Shown: one piece after another, positions 55,260-64,000 of the stretch
How the letters are laid out: the number at the start of each line of letters is the position of its first letter
How positions within the stretch are numbered: position 1 is the first letter of the stretch
From: Ruditapes philippinarum
Taxonomy: Eukaryota
Assembly (NCBI RefSeq): GCF_026571515.1
Contig: NW_026863766.1
Location: forward strand, 62,001-126,000
Reading direction: 5' to 3'
DNA length: 64,000 nt
The notes under the pieces: model-generated
Database searches by the model: none
Seen by the model: only the letters and a program-made list of their open reading frames with translations
Told to the model about the DNA's origin: nothing
Translations under genes and position numbers: made by a program

Positions 55260-56050
55260 TCTGGATATTATATCATCTCTAGTGAACTTGACCTTGCAAA
55301 TTTTAAACTAATTTACATGTGTCACACATGAAGTCATGATATTTATTATTTGTGTTACAATCCATCAATAAATGATGACTAAATGGTCACCGTACACAAA
55401 CTTTGACCTCTCTATGTAACCTTGACATTTTTTGTTTGGGCTGGGCTTGGGCTCCTTACCACTGGTTCTTGTTGCTGGGTCATACGGGGGTTGCGTTCAT
55501 TGAACGCCGCCTTTCCTTGTTGATCTTGTTTATCATATTTGATTGAGTCTGTACATGAAGGATGATGAATGTGTGCAACATTCCTCACGCCCCATAGCAT
55601 CGGCTTGAGCGGTTGTTCTTTTGTTGTGATAAATGCTCTCGAGGGATCACTATGTTCCCAGATTTTTTCATTAGAATCCCATCATGCGTGGAGGAGATAT
55701 GGAATAATGTTCCTGACAAAATTTCTATAGTTTATCATCTTAAGTGACCTTGACCTTGCATATATAAACCTAAATTGTACGAGAAGTTATGATATTGACC
55801 ATTTGTGTTTCAATCCCTCAATGAATGATTACTTATAGTCCGAATACACATTTGCATCTGAACTTTGACCCCTATATGGTGTGACCTTGGTCGCAGTGAC
55901 GGCTTCTTAGAGTGGTGAACATTTCAATGAAGTTTCATTAAAATTCCTTCATGTGAGTAGGAGATAGCTACGGACAAAATTAGGACGCCTCCCGTCCGCC
56001 AGGGGGAAACTATCATATGTACCATTTTTTTCAAACGGGCGTATAAAAAG
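55260..56050. repeat. Degenerate tgaccttga-type repetitive element with a nested fragment of the 24930 repeat
   Basis: Recurring tgaacttgaccttg / tgaccttgaccttg / tgtgaccttgg units; nested piece at 55430-55540. Confidence 0.5.
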
Positions 56051-56368
56051 CGGCAGGCCAAATATATTAAGTGTGATTTTACAATATTGAAGAAAGGTGT
56101 TGACTGAAGCAGCCAACTAGAAGAAGCCAACTAGAAATAACTTAATAATAAAGCATGAAATATGAGATTTAACAGCAATTTCCTGTACTGTTGTTCTTAT
56201 GTCCGCATAAACGATTCTGTATAATACCATATAATTTTGTTTTTAGAAATGTTATCTTGTATTACATTAGTTTAATCAAACACTTTAATAGCCACCTTTA
56301 CGCCATTTATTGCTAGAAAACTTCATTATTACTAATTGAACTATACATATGAATGAGTCATTAAAGAA

Positions 56369-57535
56369 TTGGCAAAAGCAAATAAAAATAAAGGAATGAA
56401 CAAGAAACAAAATGAGCATAGTAATATACCAAGATCAAAGGCTCCAAAGTTATTAAAAATGTTAACCTTGCACAAGAACAAAGAAAACGTGTGCATAAAA
56501 GAGTTGGTTTTTGGAAATGCTGTTTGCCATGAAATCAAAGTTGCAGCACATAAAGCGAGACAAAAACTCACGAGCTATGCCTGGCAAAAAATGATTACGT
56601 TAGATCAGAAAATGGAAAGACATCCAACGATACACCAGTTTCAGATGAAATGGGCCATAACGCAATCACAGTTCTTACAATTATTGACAAATTTATTCCA
56701 GCTGTAAAACTACTTATTCCTGAAGTAACATGTATACATTATTGGTCAGATAGTCCTACTTCCCAGTACAGAAACAAGCTACTTTTCCGTTGTATAGCGA
56801 ATCACAACAATATCTACGGCATTCATGCTAAATGGAACTACTGGGAAGCAGGGCATTGAAAAGTGCAAATGCGATGGCCTTGGTGGCCGAATAAAGCGTT
56901 TAGCAGACTAGGTAGTAAATACTGGGAAAGTTTGCATATAGAATGCGTCAGATTTCTATGCGTGGTCTCAATCTGTCAATTGTGCTATGAAGAATATGAA
57001 ATTTGTATTTCTTGCTACAAATAAGTGTGAAAACAAGCTAAAGGGAACAATCAACTCGATTTAAATTGTAACAATAAAATAGCATGAGATCCTAGGTAAA
57101 GAAGATAGCTGCGTGGCTGTTCGTTAATTTAGTTGTTACTAATACATGTTTGTTACATGAATCCGCTACTTACAGTACTTGGTGACATGAAACACTCGTC
57201 CCAAAAGTAACAGCGAGGATAAATCATCTGCAAATAAATCAAGTGTGCAATCTGTTACAACAAAGAATGATGAAGATGATTATATAGCTGAGTTATATTT
57301 GTGTCGCTGGTACATTGGAAAGATAAGCACTGTTGACGAAGAACACAGCAAATGAAGTAACATTCCTAGAACAAAAGAAACAGATGTTTCAGTGGCCATC
57401 CAGACCTGATGTTATCTGGGTTGACTAAAGTGATATTCTATGCAAAGTATCAACACCAGTAACTAGTGGAAAATCAAATCGCATGCTAAAGATGCTGACA
57501 TAGACAAAGTTGAAATACTATTTGTGAAAAAATAA
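56369..57535 (+). mobile_element. Decayed Sola2-like DNA transposase remnant
   Basis: IHYWSDSPTSQYRN...WNYWEAGH*K..CDGLGGRIKR fits the Sola2 pattern SDG..QYKN...HGKGPCDG.GG..KR (recalled, not searched); downstream WYIGKI..FQWPSRPDVIWV; many stops. Confidence 0.62.
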
Positions 57536-59499
57536 CTGGTTAATTGTAACATGACATATAGTGTTACATGAACCATCGACTAGATCGTCATTGAGAATTG
57601 CATAATGCTACATTTCCTTAATTTTATTATTTGACTATGCACATCGTCTCAAAATAGCATTGTTAATCGCATTTGTGAAGATTCTTGTTTGAAAACATAC
57701 AAGTATTTAGTTTTGTAACGAACACTTCTAAAATAAATTTTTTATAATATATTGACGATAGTTAAGTGCCTACGTTCCTATTGTTACAGTTATTTGTACA
57801 AAATGTCTAAAATGGAGAAAGCGGATCTCTAAAGAAAGCACAACACGGCAAAGTTGAAAATGTTGCACGCTCTGTTTGATTGAGTCAGTTCATGGACGGT
57901 AGTCCTTATCATTCTTGTAAGATAAACGACCAAAAAATATAACAACACTATCATACATTTTCAGCAAATTGTGTAAGTAACGGTTTTCCAATTCCTAAAT
58001 CAGACATTGATAATATATGAATGTAATAAATAAACATCTAAAAGTTATTAAGTTCCCCGTAGTATAATTTCGAAGCAATTACGTTTGCCATAGTATTATT
58101 TTGAAGCAATCATGTTCCCCGTAGTATAATTTGTGAGTACAAAGATTCCGTTTGTATGTGCTTTAGTGCCCGTAATTGTTCACTGTCTATGAAAATCATA
58201 TATAAATGATCTTGTTTCTGTCATAACATATATTTAACATAAGAAACTATGAAGTCTAACATTTTACTTAGCTTCAGTGCAACAAAAATGTGTACAATGT
58301 TTCCAATTCATAGTTGACAAGGTTAGTTCCTCATGTAATTTGATAACCTAATTATTCTTTTTCCGTCTGTATAATCTGTAATACAAAATATAAAAAAGTC
58401 GGACTGAAATGACCGCCTGAATGTTTTTATTGTATATATGATTTGGGTTTTGTCTTTCTTTGCATTCTTTTCTATCATTGATTTTCATTGAATATACGCA
58501 TCTTTTTAGAAATAACTGGCCGTTAAAAATTGCTTCATTAAAAATCTAAAGGTGAATATTAAAACAAAGATTTGAAATTTACAGAAACATTTAACAAAAT
58601 GCAACAAAACGTCAATTGTGTTTTCATATTTTGTCTTAATAGCTTCAGAATTTTAATGCTTGTATAACAAATAAATAAGGAATGGATGTAATATTCATTC
58701 TTCCTTCTCATGAACTGTGTTTATTAAAAACAATTTAAACTTTACCAAGAAATCAAAAGCATTCAGTGTCGTCCATGCGGTCTCTATTTATACAAAACTA
58801 TCCTGAAAAGCACGCGAATATGTTTGTGGCGGGAATTCAATGGCGGGAAAGTTTTAAGGAGCAATGTAATATAATAAGACTTTGGCGCGAAAACCAAAGG
58901 AGTAATACACGAGTATACATACAATAAGTTTAAAGGAGCATAGTTCAAGAACAGCATTTAAATACCAGTACTCATTACAGTATGCTTATGTTTAGCGACA
59001 CTTCAGCCCATAAGAACAAATGAGGCTTACAATTTATTTTATAGTAGAACACAATATTTATGTTTTTCAAGAAATGATTAACCTGAGCTAATTATTAATA
59101 TTTAGAAACATCTATGACAATCACATTGATTAACTTAAAGTGTCATGAATGCAATAACATGACATATGATCTCTTCCAAATGCATAAGTACAAACATATA
59201 TATAAAAGTGCTTATATACAAGTCTCTTCGGATCTTTCCTGAGTGTTCAAACACACATTTTCTAAATGTCAGACAGTTAAAGACTGTGTTCGTGTCTCTA
59301 TTCGATACAGAATGTATTGTTTAATGTTTAGGAACTACACATATTATTTTATGACAATGTCATAGTTATTACTATCATTTATTTTTTTTATATTTTTACT
59401 TAAAAATATTTTTTTAATTTTTTTGTTTGCATTTCTGCTGCCTTCTGTTGAATACTTTTATATGGTTTCTTTCACTTTTCACAACTGTCGTATCAGCCT

Positions 59500-62400
59500 T
59501 GTACTCATAAGGTGAGTTTTATCACATTAAAAAATATAAGTAAGTTCAAAGGTCTTCTTATCATTCTCTTACGAAGGTATGCTGTACTTTAAGCAGTCGA
59601 ATTTCTCCATCATTTTACTAGTCACACGAACTCACAATGCGACCAATTTTTCCAACTTCCTCTAGTAAGTTTCCTTTTTTGCACAACATCACAGTACTCG
59701 TATAGTTTTGGCAGTAATCCGTGCTGGATTTTATTGAGTCTGAATCGCTCTCTTAAACTCAAAGGTATTATCCACGGCAATTTTCAGAATCATTCAGTAT
59801 GTGTGTCTTTTCCGACAGTTTTTAGTTGAAATTTTCGACAGGTATGTTTTTCAATCACCACGTACGTCTTCTAAGTCTGGTACCCGGTGTTTGGATTTAT
59901 GTTTAAGAAGTGCCCAGGCCCAAGTGATGTACGAGATAAATCATATTTCTTCGTAAACTAAGGGTCTCGAATTGAACAATGAAGGTTTTCCAATCCTTAT
60001 AGTAGCTTGAAGTTATTTGAATAATTGTAAGAATTTTCGTCCTAATGATTTTTTAGTGCACTTTTAACTACCAACTAACGTTAATAGATCCCCCATCCAG
60101 GGAGCTAATCGACAATGAATTCAATGCCTTACGAAGCTACGATGACTTTACTTCACCAGTTGCACTTAGCGTTTTTCCATATATGTTTATGACTTTGCGT
60201 GGCAAGTTTAACTGAGCAGCGTTATCAGAAACAATCTCGATAGGAGTGTTTCTTTGTCGAAATGAAGTTCTTCTGTACTTAAACTTCTGAAATCAACTTC
60301 CAAATGAATAGCACGTGTTGTCAACACGAAAATAACATATCCAGATTTTTCTATTACCATTTGATGTCTTAAATGTTCAACTAGTCAAGATAATGTAATC
60401 CAATTCGTGAAAAATGCACTTGACTTTTGTACTCTTGAACTGCGGAAGTGAGCCATTACAGGCATTTTGTATGGGCCTCCATCGTAGCAGCGCGCACATT
60501 AAATTATTTAATGGCTGGCCTTTGCCCGTTGAACGACCGCGAGTTATCCAATATGTTTGTCTTGTTTTTGGATGGCGTATGTGATATTCCATCACGCATT
60601 CACTCTTTATGTACCTTTGAATCACTAGTCTCATGTAACCTTTTTCTTTGTGAGGATAGAAGAATAGGTTGTCTTTCTCCTTCTGATATAGCAAGAGTGT
60701 CCCGCTAAACGCCCAGTTAACAAACGCAATAATTCATATTGTTGTCGATAACCAGTCCGAGTTGTCTTTGTAGTCCGGAGGCTTTTTCTTTTGAATATTC
60801 TTATAATCCTTAGATTAATAAATTGTTCTTTTGTACATAAACTATAGCACACATTTTCAGTTTTTTCGTAAGTCGTAGTCACAAGTTAGATATTTTGCAT
60901 CAACTTTTACATTTTGGAGTTTCCTAATGAACTTTGAACACAAGACCTGTAACACGCAAATAATTTTATCAATGTTGAATATCTTTGAATGTCAATTCAC
61001 ATGGTGGGGTAACAATATCATGTTTTGTTTTGCTTTCATTTCTTTCGACATGCAATGAAACACATAGTTCTTTCATCTTTTCTCGCTTTAATTCATGTCA
61101 ATAATATTTGTCGTGATTTGTACCAGTTTCGTTGACTTTCAAAAACACCAAGTGGGACCGTTCCACCAAAAAGAATGTATCCTTTAAATCACTCACTCGA
61201 CGAACCTCGAGTTGCAACATAAGCTGGATTATTTTGTGTCTACATGAGCAAAAATCACACAATTATTGCTTTTGATTTCTTTAACTCTATTTTTCACAAA
61301 TACGGGAAGTTGCCTTTTTACTATTAATCCAGTCTAATGCCTATCTGAGAGTCGGTCCAAAGGTATTCGTGCGATATTTCTATCATTAACTGTGTCTTTC
61401 TCAAATTTCAAACACCTACACCTATTAGCACTGTCATACAGCTCTAGTCTTGGTATATGTCATGTTCTTGACCGGAGCAAGACGTGTTTGGCAAAGATCA
61501 AGTTTGGTTTTAACCATCAGTTGCATTTTCTTGCTGTAAATAGATTGTTGTGGCATAAGCTTTTGACGAAGATTCACAAAAACAAAGCAAATTGTATTTT
61601 ACATATTTGTCCTTGAGAGAACCGATACTCCGGCATATTTGATGTCAGATATCAACCTAACCTGATCGCTGATAAATGACACTTATCGAGCACGATGTTC
61701 GTCTGTTAATCTTTTAATCCTAGTCGAAGCCACTTTCCCACATTTCTTCAAGCAAAATTTTTCCATGAAGAGTGACTGGTGACACAAGACCCATGGGGTC
61801 AAATACTGATGCTATTCCTTTCAGTACGATTCATTTTGTCACTAATGAACGGTTTATATTCGAACTCACCGATTTTACTGACAGAATATTGATTTTATGT
61901 ACCAAACATGTCCTATAACCTTTATTTCAGTTTCAGTGGATCTGTAAACTTCTGGAATAAGACTTACTTTTGTTTACTTTTTCACTACTTGAACTCCACG
62001 CCAGAAGATTCATTTGGGCGTCTTAAAACATACTTTTGCTTCTTTATACTAATCTACAGCTTGTTCATCGCTGGATGCTCCGGTTATAATATTGTCCACA
62101 TAAATGTCATGTTTCATCTGTTCTGATAGTTTAGTGTCATAAGTATTTAAATGAGTCTTAATCGTTGCACTCAGAAGAAAACGGCTTGAAACTATCCCAA
62201 ACGGTACTCTACATCGATGTTGTTTGGAAAAAGTGATGGTCTTTTTGTGTCTTTAATCCAAAGGAATCTGGTTACATCGCGTTCTGAGTCTTGCAGACAA
62301 ACTTGAAAAAATGTGTGCAACTATTGCCACCTTATGTAAACGAAATCTTATAAGTATCCCACACAAGTCCTTGAGTAAAACAGGACCTCGAGAAAGACAC

Positions 62401-64000
62401 TCATTCAAACTCTTTGATTCTGGTGATATTTTTGTCGACACATCATAAACAATCCTTAGCTTTGTTGTTGACTTTTGTGGCGTGATAAGCTGATGATGAG
62501 GAATATAATGATGCATTAATTCCTTGTTTCCCCGAGTCTTGAACCTTCTCAATAAGTCCTTTTGACAGCAGGTCTTTTATAACATTGTTGTATTTCTCTA
62601 GCAGGTTTGGTTTGTTTTCTAGTCTTTTCAAACACGACCTAAGTCGTCCAATTGCAAGTCATTTGTTTTCGGGTAAATCTTGATTTTCTTTTGTTCATGG
62701 CCAGGTAACACTGTATCTACCATCCTGAAAGGTGAGTGTGCTTTTTAACTTTCTCATTGATAACTCATCAACATTCATTTTGTCTTTGTCACAAATGACT
62801 ATAGCCTCTATGTTCCAAAAATCCTCTAGATCTTAAATCGAAATTTCACAAGAAACGATACCACAGAATATTCCTTTGTTTATAGTTGAATTGTTAACAA
62901 TTCCGTGTGTGAGAATGATCATGTTTGGTTCCTCTTCCTCTTTTATTTCTGAGTATGACTATCCTGTTAGAATCCAACCGAGTTTACAACACATCAGATA
63001 CATTCCGGGCTAAACTTAATTTTTTTGTTGAAGTACAATGTCTAGGAAATGACCATTACCGATCAAAATTTTTATTTGAGATGTTTCATTTTTGTCGGGA
63101 AACCAAATTTTCTGCAATCTCTCTGAATTCTTTCAGGACTTGTTAATTCAGTGACTTTCTATGTATGCTTTCACTTATCACTGGTACAGTGTTTGCTTTA
63201 AGACATAGCTTTTGTCCATTTCTTAACTTTAAATTGATGGAAGTCACGTGTGTCTTTATCACTCTAGCATCTTTACCGCCAAATGTAAACACATGTAACT
63301 CTTCGAATTTCTGCTTCTTGAGTCTTAATTTGTCAGCTAGTGACTGTGTGATATATGTTCTCTGAGAGCCAAAGTCAAGAAGAATTCTTGTCTTGACGCT
63401 TTCGTTAGATGTTGGGTTTTGAATATAAGGTAGCGCCGTCTGCATAAACACAGATTCTCCGTGAGACAACATAGCATTTTCTCAATTTTGCGCCATCGGT
63501 GAGATATTATTGATTTGCTCCGTTGCACTCATCTGTGATTCTTCTTGTGTTGTTTGTTTGTATTTTTTTAGGCAACATACTTCTATGATGTCTATTGAAT
63601 TGATTACAGTACACACACTTTTTATTTGATTTGCATTCACGAATTCCTGCATCCTATGCAACATAAAAATACTCTGATTTTTTTTTCCGTTCTTCCAATG
63701 TCAAAATCTATAACATTTTCCCCCAATTTTCTCTCACAATACTACACACTTTGTTTAAAACATTTTTGGCCAAAATTGTCCACTCTAGGGATTTTCTAAA
63801 AATGTATTGTTTTAAAAAAATCTTATTCCAAAGTATTCGTTGGAATCCCGTCTTTTTTTTTCCTTTTTTTTCATTGAATTAATTACCCCCTTTTTTCTAT
63901 CACTTTTTTCGTTGGGTCGACTTTCACAAGGGGGTATTCGTAGTATCACGAAAACAGTCAAAGTCCCTATTCTTTGCTCTTTTTTTTTTCCAGTCCCGGA
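59500..64000 (-). mobile_element. Heavily decayed BEL/Pao LTR retrotransposon pol
   Basis: Minus-strand order: protease (ILLDFGSQRTYI), RT (YIPHH..TTKLRIVYD..SLNECL..GP, VPFGIVSS, YVDN), RNase H region (FDPMG, WTDSQ, WWNGPTW), integrase (TRAIHLE, VSDNAAQ, APWMG, PGHFL). Boundaries approximate. Confidence 0.88.

Noticed and set aside
58700-59500. 3' LTR of the BEL/Pao element
   Set aside because: No second LTR in the window to compare and no clear PPT/TG...CA boundary.

Overview
AT-rich animal genomic DNA with spliced genes. The repeat content looks like a bivalve mollusc, but that is inference. Contents in order: (1) the 5' part of a minus-strand gene whose >2 kb open exon runs off the left edge and is missed by the ORF track; (2) a synaptotagmin-like gene with at least 12 coding exons (TM - RRxS-rich linker - C2A - C2B, 12075-22956), probably Ca2+-independent; (3) a tandem ~16 kb duplicate of that locus (28021-~51990), now a pseudogene, interrupted by a CR1/L2-type LINE, a deletion and a large DNA transposon; (4) decayed Sola2-like and BEL/Pao elements, plus SINEs and MITEs. 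The standout is the 10.4 kb P-superfamily transposon at 38849-49250, with ~430 bp TIRs and an 8 bp TSD confirmed by the empty site in the paralogous copy. It carries two convergent spliced genes that appear interdigitated. One is a transposase with no THAP domain, an RFX-like winged-helix N-terminus and an early C-terminal end. The other is a PIF1 helicase apparently spliced to a region resembling the P-transposase C-terminal domain and a PHD finger. All alignments and translations were done by eye; no database searches were run.
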